Assembly (NCBI GenBank): GCA_963785235.1
Contig: CAWAUM010000005.1
Location: 448,001-512,000, forward strand
Origin: an uncultured delta proteobacterium
GTDB taxonomy: Bacteria; Desulfobacterota; Desulfomonilia; UBA1062
Length of the DNA: 64,000 bases
Direction: 5' to 3'
The notes beneath the pieces are model-generated. The model saw only the letters and a list, made by a program, of their open reading frames with translations. It was not told the origin of the DNA and ran no database searches. The first letter of the stretch is position 1. Each line of letters begins with the position of its first letter. The position numbers and the translations under genes were made by a program. Shown here piece by piece: positions 30,648 through 41,486 of the stretch.

Positions 30648-31667
30648 TTATTCTACCGGCTTCGCAAGCTTGAGGATCTCCATGGGAAGCTGTACACCGA
30701 CGGCCTGCATCTGCTTTACATCCACCAGGATCATCAGATCCTGCTGCCGCAATATTGGCAATGATTCGGGTTTCGCCCCATCCTTTAGTATCTTCACAGC
30801 CTGTTGCCCGGCCAGAGATCCGATCAACGTGAAGTCAGAGCCCACATACAGCACCCCACCTGGATTCTTGGTTAACATGAAGCTGATGATGGGGATCTTT
30901 GTTGACCGTGAAATCGCTGCAAGCTCTAGGGTGGGTTCGGTCTTTCTGATCCCGTAATATGTATCAAGAGGAATGATAAAAGCCTGAACACCTTTTGCAA
31001 TGAGCTCCTGTGCTGCAGGTTTTATGGAATCGGCCTTGTTGATCTCCTTAGTGATAAATGTCAATCCCAGGGCCGGTCCTTCCTTTTTTGCCTCGGCGGC
31101 GTGCGCTATGGCACTGTCATCATCGCTGTGGATAATGCCTAAGGTCTTCACAGAAGGGTATGCCAGCTTCACGATCCTGAGTGCATCTTTCATGTCCATG
31201 TGGAGTGTGGAGCCGGTGAATCCCGGGCCTGCCTCGGTGAGAGACTTGCACCCTGCCGCCTGGGGTACGGCCACTGCGGTAAATACCAACGGGATACCCG
31301 CTGAAATGATCTTATCCTTTCCATACTTCGTAGGTGCCGTGCCAATGGTAAGGACGAGATCAGGTTTTCTGTCAGCGATCTTTTGGGCCTCACTCTTGAT
31401 CTCCATGAGGACGCCAACTTTTTTAAACATGCCGCCCTTTTCCACATCGAAATCAATCATCTTGCGGTTGATAACCAGATTCTTGCCCTTCACGATCCCA
31501 TTTTTCTCAAGCTCTTTGATAAACCCATTATATGAATTCTGGAAGGGCACGGCATCTTTCATAACCTGAAGAACTTCGATCTTATAGGTTCTGTCTTCAG
31601 CAAGACATGGGACTGCCAACGCCAAGAACACGAGAGAACATATTAAGACTTTAATCATTCTCATCAT
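30648..31667 (-). CDS. ABC transporter substrate-binding protein (ABC_sub_bind type), paralog 1
   Basis: Signal peptide, KPDLVLTIGT, IPLVFTAV and GQQAVKIL.G.KP..LPI. Confidence 0.85.
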   Translation of the reverse strand: MMRMIKVLICSLVFLALAVPCLAEDRTYKIEVLQVMKDAVPFQNSYNGFIKELEKNGIVKGKNLVINRKMIDFDVEKGGMFKKVGVLMEIKSEAQKIADRKPDLVLTIGTAPTKYGKDKIISAGIPLVFTAVAVPQAAGCKSLTEAGPGFTGSTLHMDMKDALRIVKLAYPSVKTLGIIHSDDDSAIAHAAEAKKEGPALGLTFITKEINKADSIKPAAQELIAKGVQAFIIPLDTYYGIRKTEPTLELAAISRSTKIPIISFMLTKNPGGVLYVGSDFTLIGSLAGQQAVKILKDGAKPESLPILRQQDLMILVDVKQMQAVGVQLPMEILKLAKPVE

Positions 31668-31703
31668 ACAATTCTCCTTTCTGATTATATATATTTTAAG
31701 AGG

Positions 31704-32726
31704 TCAATCCACTCCCTGTGCGATCTGGAGGATCTCCATGGGAAGCTGCCAGTTCAGGGCCTTCATCTGTTTCGTATCCACCAGGATCTTGAGGTCTTCC
31801 TGCTTGAGAATGGGCAGGTTTTCCGCCTTTGCTTCACCCTTGAGGATCTTGGAGGCCTGTTGGCCGGATAACGTCCCGATCTCACTGAAATCAGACCCGA
31901 CATACAGGATCGCTCCAGGGACCTTCATGAGTGCAAAACTGAAAACCGGTATCTTGGTCTCTTTAGAAAACTTGTCCAACTCGTGGCATGCCTCGTAGTT
32001 CCTCATGCCATAATAGGTATCCAGCGGCACAGCAAAGGCCTCAACCCCCTGCTTCTGGAGATCGACAAGCAAAGGGGTGATCTTGTCATTCTTATTGTTG
32101 ACCTGTTTGGAAATAACCGTCATTCCAGCCGACGCAGCAACCTTCTTTGCCTCTTCCATGTGTGCGATGCCGTTCTCGTCATCACTGTTGATGATGCCTA
32201 TTGTCTTGAGCTTGGGAAATGCGAGCTTTACGATCTTGAGGGCATCTTTCATGCTCATGTAGAGTGTGGACCCGGTAAAACCAGGGCCTGCCTGCGTCAT
32301 GGACTTGCACCCTGCAGCAGTAGGGATGGCTACAGCAGTAAATACCAGGGGGATGCCTTCACCGATGATCTTGTCCTTTGCATATTTGGTGGCAGGTGTT
32401 CCTATGGACAGCACAAGGTCAGGCTTTGTGTCAGCGATCCTCATGGCTTCGCTCTTAATCTGCATGAGCACACCCACCTTGCTCCACATGGTTGCCTTTT
32501 CCATGTCGAATCCAATAATCTTCCGCCTGATCTCAAGGTTCTTGCCCTGGACAAACCCATTTTTCGCAAGCTCTTTGACAAAAGCCAGGTATGACTTCTG
32601 GAACGGCTCGATATTCGTAACCTGTAAAACCTCGATCTTGATTTTCTTTTCCTCTGCAAGGCAGGTCATGCTCAGTCCGGCCAAGAGAAAAAAGACACAA
32701 CCGATCATAAAAATAGTTTTTTTCAT
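31704..32726 (-). CDS. ABC transporter substrate-binding protein (ABC_sub_bind type), paralog 2
   Basis: Signal peptide; near-identical blocks with the neighbour (AAGCKS.T.AGPGFTGSTL, PLDTYYG, LYVGSDF). Confidence 0.85.
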   Translation of the reverse strand: MKKTIFMIGCVFFLLAGLSMTCLAEEKKIKIEVLQVTNIEPFQKSYLAFVKELAKNGFVQGKNLEIRRKIIGFDMEKATMWSKVGVLMQIKSEAMRIADTKPDLVLSIGTPATKYAKDKIIGEGIPLVFTAVAIPTAAGCKSMTQAGPGFTGSTLYMSMKDALKIVKLAFPKLKTIGIINSDDENGIAHMEEAKKVAASAGMTVISKQVNNKNDKITPLLVDLQKQGVEAFAVPLDTYYGMRNYEACHELDKFSKETKIPVFSFALMKVPGAILYVGSDFSEIGTLSGQQASKILKGEAKAENLPILKQEDLKILVDTKQMKALNWQLPMEILQIAQGVD

Positions 32727-32837
32727 TGTTTTCCTCCCTCCCCAGAAACATATCCCTCCATGGAATTACAAATTGTTCATCCCTGCAATGAATCAAACTC
32801 TAAACACATATCCGATAGTGAGTCAACGCATAGAACC

Positions 32838-35618
32838 TTATCTTTTAAGACGCCCCTTGAGATACTGGCCGGTATATGACCCGGCGACCCGGGTAATCTC
32901 CTCTGGGCTGCCCTGGGCGACAAGGTTGCCGCCTTCATCTCCGCCCTCGGGGCCGAGATCGATGATATGGTCTGCGGACCTTATCATATCCATGTTATGC
33001 TCGATGATGATAACCGTGTTCCCCTCATCCACCAATCTATGAAGAACGATAAGGAGTTTGTTGATATCATCAAAGTGCAGGCCTGTAGTGGGTTCATCGA
33101 GTATGTATACTGTTCTGCCGGTTGAACGCTTGGAAAGTTCCCTGGCCAGCTTGGTCCGTTGGGCCTCGCCCCCTGAAAGGGTTGTGGCGCTCTGGCCGAG
33201 CCTGATGTAATCCATGCCCACGTCAATGAGGGTCTTGAGCTTGCGCTTGATCTTGGGCACTGCGTCAAAGAGCTCGAAGGCCTGGCTTACGGTCATTTCA
33301 AGTACATCTGCTATGGACCTGCCCTTATACTTTATTTCCAGGGTCTCGTCATTGAACCGTCTCCCCTGGCACTGGTCGCACATGACATACACATCGGGCA
33401 GGAAGTGCATCTCGATCTTGATGAGCCCATCACCCTGGCAGGCCTCGCACCTTCCACCTTTGACATTGAAGCTGAAGCGGCCCGGCTTGTATCCGCGGAC
33501 CTTTGCATCGGGAAGCATGGAGAAGAGCTCCCTGATAAGGGTAAAGACACCCGTGTATGTGGCAGGATTCGATCTGGGTGTCCTGCCAATGGGGCTCTGG
33601 TCCACATTGATGACACGGTCAAGGTGTTCCAGGCCGGCAACGCCCTTTACCTGGAGATTGTGAATCCGGTTACCGGTGAGTGCACTGCTTAAAAACGGGT
33701 AGAGGGTGTCTATGACAAGGCTCGATTTGCCCGATCCCGACACACCGGTTATACAGGTGAACAGGCCCAGCGGAATATCCACGTTGATGTTTTTCAGGTT
33801 GTTGGCCCGGGCCCCTTTGATACGAAGGTAATTACCTAGCGGCCGCCTCGGGTGTTCAGGGGCATGGATCTTGATTCTGCCTGATAAATAATTCCCTGTC
33901 AGCGAAGATGTATCCTTTACAAGGTCTGCAGGGATACCCTGGAACACGATGCTGCCACCCTGCTCCCCTGCGCCCGGCCCCATGTCGATGACATAATCGG
34001 AACCGAGGATGGTTTCTTCGTCGTGTTCAACGACAATGAGCGTGTTGCCCAGGTCACGCAGGTGCTTCAGCGTATTGATCAGCCGCTCATTGTCCCTCTG
34101 ATGCAGTCCTATGGTCGGTTCATCAAGGATATACATGACACCCATCAGTGCCGATCCTATCTGGGTAGCAAGCCGGATACGCTGGGATTCACCGGATGAA
34201 AGCGTGCCGGCAGACCTGCTCAGAGATAAGTACCCGATACCCACCGAAGTCAGAAACCCAAGACGCTCGGTAATCTCTTTGATGAGCCGTGCTGCAATCT
34301 CTTCATTTTTAAGGCTCAATTTCAATGACCTGAAGAATGAGATCAGATCATCCACATTCATGGCGGTAAGTTCGAAGATATTTTTATCACCTATGGTAAT
34401 GTGCAGGACCTCGTTTTTCAGACGGGCACCCTTGCATGAAGGACAGGTGATATTGTTGAGGAAGCGTGAAATATCATTGCTGATGTCGCCTGTCTCGGTC
34501 TCCTTGAGCCTGCGCGATAGATTGGGGATGACGCCTTCGAAGGGCTCGGCATACGAGTCTTTCATGGCACCGCCGTAGAGTATCACCTGCCTGGCCTCTT
34601 CAGGGATCCTCTCAAAAGGGGTATTTTCATCGAACCGCAGATTCTTTGCCAGGTAACGGATCATGCGGCTCGCAAATCTGCCCGGAGGAACTCCCCAGGA
34701 AATGATGGCCCCCTGACTCAGAGAGCGCTTTTTGTCCGGGATTACCAGGTCAGGGTCGATCTTGATGAGCACACCCAGGCCATGGCACATATCGCATGCG
34801 CCATGGGGGTTGTTGAAGGAGAACATCCTGGGCGAAATCTCAGAAAATGAGGTATTACATACCGGGCAACTGTAATGCTCGGAATAGATGTACGATCCCC
34901 CAAGGTCATCCTCCACCGTGATTGTCCCGCCGGAGAGTTTGCATGCGGTCTCGATTGAGTCCAGCAGCCTTGTCATCACCTGGTCCTTGAGCACTATCCT
35001 GTCCACCACCACTTCGATGGTATGCTTTTTGTTCTTGTCCAGGCGGGGGACTTCTTCAATATCGTAGAGTTCGCCATTTACGCGCACCCTTACGAATCCT
35101 TCACGCGCGAGACGCTCGAAAAGCTTTGTATATTCTCCCTTGCGGCCGCTGATCAGGGGCGAGAAAAGGATCACCTTGCGGCCGGGCCCGTACTCGAGCA
35201 CGGCCTGGGCCATCTGCTGGATTGACATGGATTCTATTGCCCGGCCGCATATCCAGCAACGCGGCGTCCCGATTCGGGCGAAGAGTACCCGTAAATAATC
35301 GTAGATCTCAGTGACGGTCCCTACTGTGGAGCGGGGATTGTTGGAGGTGGTCTTCTGCTCGATGGCAATGGCAGGAGAAAGGCCTTCAATGGATTCCACC
35401 TGGGGTTTCGGCATCTGTTCCAGGAACTGCCTGGCATAGGCGCTCAGCGATTCAACATACCTGCGCTGCCCCTCTGCAAACAGTGTGTCAAAGGCGAGAG
35501 TCGACTTGCCTGATCCTGAAACACCTGTGATCACGACAAACTGATTGCGGGGTATACGGACATTGATGTTCTTCAGGTTGTGCTCGCTTGCGCCTTTGAT
35601 ATCTATGTAGTCTTTCAT
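32838..35618 (-). CDS. uvrA: Excinuclease ABC subunit A
   Basis: Two ABC ATPase modules (TGVSGSGKS twice, LSSGESQR, LSGGEAQR) and zinc fingers. Likely start MKDYIDIKGA at 35618. Confidence 0.98.
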   Translation of the reverse strand: MKDYIDIKGASEHNLKNINVRIPRNQFVVITGVSGSGKSTLAFDTLFAEGQRRYVESLSAYARQFLEQMPKPQVESIEGLSPAIAIEQKTTSNNPRSTVGTVTEIYDYLRVLFARIGTPRCWICGRAIESMSIQQMAQAVLEYGPGRKVILFSPLISGRKGEYTKLFERLAREGFVRVRVNGELYDIEEVPRLDKNKKHTIEVVVDRIVLKDQVMTRLLDSIETACKLSGGTITVEDDLGGSYIYSEHYSCPVCNTSFSEISPRMFSFNNPHGACDMCHGLGVLIKIDPDLVIPDKKRSLSQGAIISWGVPPGRFASRMIRYLAKNLRFDENTPFERIPEEARQVILYGGAMKDSYAEPFEGVIPNLSRRLKETETGDISNDISRFLNNITCPSCKGARLKNEVLHITIGDKNIFELTAMNVDDLISFFRSLKLSLKNEEIAARLIKEITERLGFLTSVGIGYLSLSRSAGTLSSGESQRIRLATQIGSALMGVMYILDEPTIGLHQRDNERLINTLKHLRDLGNTLIVVEHDEETILGSDYVIDMGPGAGEQGGSIVFQGIPADLVKDTSSLTGNYLSGRIKIHAPEHPRRPLGNYLRIKGARANNLKNINVDIPLGLFTCITGVSGSGKSSLVIDTLYPFLSSALTGNRIHNLQVKGVAGLEHLDRVINVDQSPIGRTPRSNPATYTGVFTLIRELFSMLPDAKVRGYKPGRFSFNVKGGRCEACQGDGLIKIEMHFLPDVYVMCDQCQGRRFNDETLEIKYKGRSIADVLEMTVSQAFELFDAVPKIKRKLKTLIDVGMDYIRLGQSATTLSGGEAQRTKLARELSKRSTGRTVYILDEPTTGLHFDDINKLLIVLHRLVDEGNTVIIIEHNMDMIRSADHIIDLGPEGGDEGGNLVAQGSPEEITRVAGSYTGQYLKGRLKR

Positions 35619-35699
35619 GGATGTTCTTCTTGTAGGAGCGGCTTTAGCTGCGATTACTCGTTCCAATCACGGCTAAAGCCGCTCCTATATCGTTCGCTC

Positions 35700-36605
35700 T
35701 CACAGATATATCCCGATATAATGATCTCCCATAATCATCTTGAGCCAATGCTCGAATGCCTCATTGCGAAACTTGTCCTGGAGGGTCTCTACAATTTCGT
35801 CCCGGACCTCATCAATGGGCTTGCCACCTGAAACGCCACGCTCAATAATTTGGTATATGAGTATGTTTTCGCCCAAGGTAATAGGACCGACAATGTCGCC
35901 AGGCTTTCCGGCAGCAAGGGCGGATCTGGCCTCATTCGCAAGATCGTCAACGGCTATCCAGCCTATGTCCGGATTGCCACTGACCGTCAGATCTGAATAA
36001 GCCTTGGCTACCTCTTCCATAGGAACGGCTTTACGAAGATCATCAAGTGCCTTGTTTGCCTTCTGAACATCCTTTTTTATCAGAATTTGTTTTAAATGAA
36101 GTGATTCAGCGCCTGTATATGCCTTGTGAGAGTCATAATAATCCTTTATCATGCTTTCAGTCACCACAATGCGGGATTTGACCATCAGTTCCATGAGGGA
36201 ATTCCTCTTTATGATGGACTGAGCGCTTACAATATCGATTTTCATGCCTTTGGCAACCTCTTCGGCTTGCTTGACATCAATCCGGGGCATACCCATGCTG
36301 CGGTAAACCTTGTCTACAATGACATCTTCCACCATGATCTGAAGGACCTGGCGGGCAGCTAAGGGATCATATTCTTGTGCGCCGAGTGTTTGCATTTTTT
36401 TCACAAGGTCGGAATGCATGATAACCTTTTCATCTACTACGGCCACGATTCCGTCGATCATCTCGCCTTGTACAGGGCTGCACCATAAAGTTAAAAGTAC
36501 TGCAGCAGCACAAGGCAGAAACAGCGTAACACCCTTAAGTCCAACTGCTGTAATCAGACGCCTTGCTATACTCATGTTTTTAAAGTTCTCCACACAAAAT
36601 CTCAT
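35700..36605 (-). CDS. SurA-like periplasmic chaperone / parvulin PPIase
   Basis: IDGIVAVVDEKVI N-terminus and HLKQILI...VAKAYSD...DIGW rotamase domain; follows mfd. Confidence 0.8.
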   Translation of the reverse strand: MRFCVENFKNMSIARRLITAVGLKGVTLFLPCAAAVLLTLWCSPVQGEMIDGIVAVVDEKVIMHSDLVKKMQTLGAQEYDPLAARQVLQIMVEDVIVDKVYRSMGMPRIDVKQAEEVAKGMKIDIVSAQSIIKRNSLMELMVKSRIVVTESMIKDYYDSHKAYTGAESLHLKQILIKKDVQKANKALDDLRKAVPMEEVAKAYSDLTVSGNPDIGWIAVDDLANEARSALAAGKPGDIVGPITLGENILIYQIIERGVSGGKPIDEVRDEIVETLQDKFRNEAFEHWLKMIMGDHYIGIYL

Positions 36606-36611
36606 TCTCCA

Positions 36612-39600
36612 TCACGATACCGCATATAATATCTCACGGATTTCATTGGGTATATCCTTTCCTTTCAGCGGTATCTCTATTACCCCCTCCGGCCTGAGTC
36701 TGCCCATTACTCGGGTAACAAAGGTAATCACCTTGTCAAGGTCCACAATGCTATCACGGCTCAGGTACAACCTCAACACATCTTCGCTCATATCGATCTT
36801 CTTAAACCTCTTTTTCTTCATTATGTCACGGACCTCGGAAATGAGGAGCAGGGACTTGACCGGGCCCGGGAGTGACCCATAGAGGTCTTTCAACTCTTCG
36901 CTTATTTCCGTGAGTTCATCGGTTGAGGCGGTGAAGAGCCTCTTATAAAGACCTAGCCTCAAATGCTGATCAGGACAAAAATCTTCGGGGATATATGCAT
37001 CAAGGCTTATCCTGATCTCCGGATCGATGGCGGGCAGTGTCTGCTTTCCCTGAAGTGAATCTACCGCTTCGTGGAGCATCTCCTGGTACAACTCGTAACC
37101 TATGGCCGTGACATGGCCCCACTGGGCCTTGCCTAAGATATCACCAACCCCCCTGATCTCCATATCGCGCATGGCCATATGGAAACCTGCACCCAGAGAT
37201 TCATATTCCTTGATGGCTGCAAGCCTTTTCTGGGCATCCTTTGTGATCTGACCGACCTCAGGGAGAAGAAGCAGGGCATGGCCCTTGATCTTTGACCTGC
37301 CAACCCTTCCCCTGAGCTGGTAGAGATCTGCAAGGCCGAACTTGTCGGCCCTGTTGATGATGATGGTGTTGGCATTGGAGATATCCAGGCCGGAGCTGAT
37401 AATGGCAGAGCTTACCAGCACGGTGATGCTACGGTCCATGAAGCTGCCCATGACCCGGTCCAGTTTGGTCCTCGGCATCTGGCCGTGGGCGACACCGATC
37501 CGTGCCTGGGGGCACAACACTTGAATATGACGGGCCATGGACTCGATGTTGGCTACAATGTTGTGAACGAAGAAAACCTGGCCTCCCCGTTCAAGCTCTT
37601 TGGTGATGGCCGCTGCAATTGCCTCGTCATCAAACCTTGTTACTATTGTATCTATGGATTTACGTTCTGCAGGAGGAGTCTCGATTACCGAAAGCTCTCT
37701 TAACCCCGATATGGCCATATTCAAGGTGCGGGGAATGGGCGTTGCCGTAAGGGTCAGGACATCCACTTCTGACCTGAAAGATTTGATCTTTTCCTTGTGC
37801 TGCACACCGAACCTGTGCTCCTCGTCCACCACAAGAAGGCCCAGATCCTTGAACTTGATCTTCTCCGAGAGCAAGGCCTGTGTCCCGATGATGACATCCA
37901 CCTTGCCGGCTTCAAGGTCAGAGAGTATCTCCTTGCTGTCTGCAGAGGTGCTCATACCGGACAGGGCCTCTACCCGGATGGGCCATTTGGCCATACGATC
38001 CCGGAAGGTAATGAGGTGCTGTCTGGCAAGCAAGGTTGTTGGTACAAGCAGCGTTACCTGTTTGCCCGACATTACCGCTGCAAATGCCGCCCTCAGGGCT
38101 ACCTCGGTCTTGCCGTATCCCACGTCTCCACAGATAAGTCTGTCCATGGGCCTAGAAGATGCCATGTCTGCATAGGTCTCTTCCACGGCCTTGAGCTGGT
38201 CATCGGTCTCATCAAAGGGGAACGAGTCTTCGAAGTCCTGTATCATAGGGCTTGCAGTGTCATATGACACGCCCTGGGCAGCCTGACGCTCGGCATAGAG
38301 CTGCAGGAGTTCGCCGGCCAGTTTCGCAACAGAATGGCTTGCCTTGGCCTTGGCGCTGGCCCACCTGGTACCTCCCAGTTTATCTATTGTGTAATGATCC
38401 GTGTCACCAATATAACGCTGGAGAAGTGAAAGGCGGTAAACAGGCACATAGAGCCTGTCTCCTCCGAGATACTCGAGCAATACATAATCGCTCAGGTTGC
38501 CGTCAATTTCCAGTCTGACAACACCTTTGAAAACCCCTATTCCATTGTCGCGATGCACAACGGCATCACCCACATTGAGCTGGGTAAATGGATCATAGAT
38601 GGGCGGGCCGGAAGGGGCCTTTTTTCTCTTTCTGCGGGCGCCAAGCATCTCTTCTGCAGATATGAGCGCTATGCCGAGCTCAGGCAGGATATAGCTTGAA
38701 GACAGGCTTCCCTCGATCATGCGTACACGGGCACCGAATCCACCATAATTCATCAGGAACTCTGCGCTTGTGGCTTCGGTCTTGAAGCCCCTGCTGGTAA
38801 AGGCGTGTTCGATGCGTTCGGTCAGCATGTCAGCACTGGAAAAAATGAATATATCCAGGCCGTCATGCACCAGGGAGACGATCCGGTCAAAGACTGCATC
38901 CACCGATTTGCAGGACAGCATCTCGAATCTGAGATGCGGATGGCCTGAGGTGACCCCCGACTCTGCAAGCAGAGGTGGATATCTGCCGGTCAAAACCTGC
39001 CATTTGGAGCGCCAGATCGGCTTTCTTTATCATTGAATCTTCAGGGACCACATAGACCCTCTGCCTGGTCAGCGCCCGATTATATCCATGGACACATGCA
39101 TCGAAACTCTCATCCCACAGGAAGCCTGTTTCGACTGGGTCAGGTCCTAAAATGACAGCGTTGCCGGGGAGATAATCAAAGATGGTAGATGGCTTTTCAT
39201 AGAAGTGCACCAGGTATGACTCTATTCCGGGGGTATGGATGCCCTGTTCCATATCCTCTATGATGAACCTGGTGTTTGCATCCCCCATCCTTCGAATGGG
39301 AGTCCTGGCGTTCTTCATGTGGGAATAGTCCAGAAGGACCTCGCTTGCAGGGAGTATTTCCGCAGACAATAAAGTCCCGCGGGTCCTCTGGGTCTGTACA
39401 TCGAAATTTTTGAGAGCAACGAGCTCATCGCCGAATAAATCGAGGCGTACAGGGGCGTTCATGCCAGGTGAAAAGATGTCCATGACCGAGCCCCTGATGC
39501 TGAATTGTGAAACATCATCCACAAGGGCTTCCCTGGTGTAGCCCATGCGGATGAGTGTCAGAGACAGGTTCTGTCTGTCTATCTCCTCGAGCGCCTTGAT

Positions 39601-39978
39601 GGTCACAATGCTTGAAAGAAGATCAATCTTGCCCATGGTGAAGCCGACAATGGCCGTCAGCGGCGCAATCACTATTGCAGCTGACTTTGTCAGCAAGGCG
39701 TGCAGGGTACTGATCCTGCGGGCCATTATCTCCTTTGAAGGACTGTCGTCCTGATATGGCCTAACATCATAAGGCGGGAATATCTTGACGTGTTCTGGTT
39801 TTAAAAAGCTGAGAAGGTCTTCTTCAGCCCTGTACATTTCATCCGTATCTTTTACGATCCAGAGCACGGGCTTTTTGTCATGTCGCCAGGTGGATGCCGC
39901 CACAAGCGCTCGGAGCGATGCAGGATAAAACCCGACAGAGCGCACAGACGAAAGCCTCTGTATCAATCTATTTTCCAT
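36612..39978 (-). CDS. mfd: Transcription-repair coupling factor; apparent frameshift near 38975
   Basis: N-part has FSIRGSVMDIFSP and RLDLFGDE; C-part has CGDVGYGKTEVA, DEEHRFG, TATPIPRT and QLRGRVGR. Confidence 0.95.
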
Positions 39979-41263
39979 GGTATTCTTCCAGCACCATCTC
40001 ATGCCGGGCAGGTGTCTTTTCAAAAGCGGCCACTGCGATAATCTCTTTGTCCGCCTCAAGGACCGGCCAGAAAGGCCTCAATACGCATGGTATCTTCATT
40101 CGGGCAAGGGTGCTTGAGAGCTTTTTGCCCATCATCTTGTCACCTTTCATATATGATCTGAGCAGGCAGGTCTCAGCAATGCCTCGGGTTATCGCAATAT
40201 GCACGGTCTTGTTGATCTCGGGTATGAAAATGCTTTCCTGTTTAGTTATCTTCCTTGCATAATGAGGACCTTCTGAAGTGAGGTGCACGATGAAAAGGTC
40301 GCCATCCAGGAGCATCTTGACCCTTCTCTTGATGGTATGTGCACGCAAGGTCCCCTTGACGACCTCAATGGCGGCATCTATCTGGATCGCGTCGATCCCG
40401 CGGGGTTCTTTGATAAACCCGGAGATGACAAGAATGAGAAATCTCTTTATAACTGCTTCGGGCGCTGTCCTCAGGTCATCAATCCTGAAGGCCTTGATCA
40501 TGACCCAGTCAAAAACAGTTGATCCTTGTTCAAGATCAAGGGCCATTTTCTCTAAGGCTGAACCCTCTTCTCTGGCAATACTCGCTAATGAGGCAATAGA
40601 GCGAACAGCCTGGGGATTTATCTTTTCCAATAATGGGATTATGTCCGCTCGAATATAGTTTCGGGCCAGCCGTATGTCATGGTTTGTCCTGTCGTTCTTA
40701 TGGGAAATCTTTTGCAATCGGGCATATTCGGATATATGACTCCTTTTCATGCTGAGCATGGGTCTGATAATTCCATCAGGCCTCATGAACTCAATTCCAG
40801 CAAGACCCCTGATGCCGGTACCCCTGATGATGCGATACAGGATGGTCTCGGCCTGGTCGTCAAGTGTATGGCCAGTTGCGGCAGAGGTGTATCCATGGTT
40901 CTGCATGCATGCGTGGATAGCTTCATACCTCCTCGTTCTGGCCTTCTCTTCTAGATTTGCCATGCCGGGGGTCATATTAAGCTCAACCAGATGAAATGGT
41001 ACTGAAAGCTCCCGGCACTTTTCATGCACGAAATTGGCATCCTGCCTGGATTCGCCTTTGCGTAAGCCATGATCCACATGGATGACGCCAAGCTTGAGAC
41101 CCAGGGACCAGCAGACAGAATGCATGAGGTCAAGAAGTACCATGGAGTCCATGCCGCCTGAGACACATACAAGCACGGAGTCGTCCCTGTTAACGCCACA
41201 TGGACCGGTGAGAGTACTAATAAAGGTGTTCAGGAGGTTATCATGTCGGTCATGGCTGTTCAT
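39968..41263 (-). CDS. tilS: tRNA(Ile)-lysidine synthetase
   Basis: VSGGMDS PP-loop, HVDHGLR, GHTLDDQAET, IRPML and RNYIR. Confidence 0.95.
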   Translation of the reverse strand: MNSHDRHDNLLNTFISTLTGPCGVNRDDSVLVCVSGGMDSMVLLDLMHSVCWSLGLKLGVIHVDHGLRKGESRQDANFVHEKCRELSVPFHLVELNMTPGMANLEEKARTRRYEAIHACMQNHGYTSAATGHTLDDQAETILYRIIRGTGIRGLAGIEFMRPDGIIRPMLSMKRSHISEYARLQKISHKNDRTNHDIRLARNYIRADIIPLLEKINPQAVRSIASLASIAREEGSALEKMALDLEQGSTVFDWVMIKAFRIDDLRTAPEAVIKRFLILVISGFIKEPRGIDAIQIDAAIEVVKGTLRAHTIKRRVKMLLDGDLFIVHLTSEGPHYARKITKQESIFIPEINKTVHIAITRGIAETCLLRSYMKGDKMMGKKLSSTLARMKIPCVLRPFWPVLEADKEIIAVAAFEKTPARHEMVLEEYHGK

Positions 41264-41329
41264 TGCATTTTTCTTTAGTACCGAAGCAGATCCCGGTCAA
41301 GGCTTACATGGTTAAGGTTTAGAAAGAGG

Positions 41330-41478
41330 GTCAGAAACCAGAATAAGGTCTCCAGTTCAAGAAACTTGAGAACGACGATGTTTGTGAGCTATGTCGGTTT
41401 CTTTAAGAAATCAGCAACCTGTTGGAGGCCTATTAGCATGTCATTATGAATTCTGGCTTCTGACTTCTGTCACCTGAG
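41330..41478. repeat. Intergenic element with 15-bp inverted arms built from 7-nt units
   Basis: GTCAGAAACCAGAAT (41330-41344) versus ATTCTGGCTTCTGAC (41450-41464), 14 of 15 complementary; right arm reads TTCTGGC-TTCTGAC-TTCTGTC-ACCTGAG. Confidence 0.7.
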
Positions 41479-41486
41479 TATCAATT

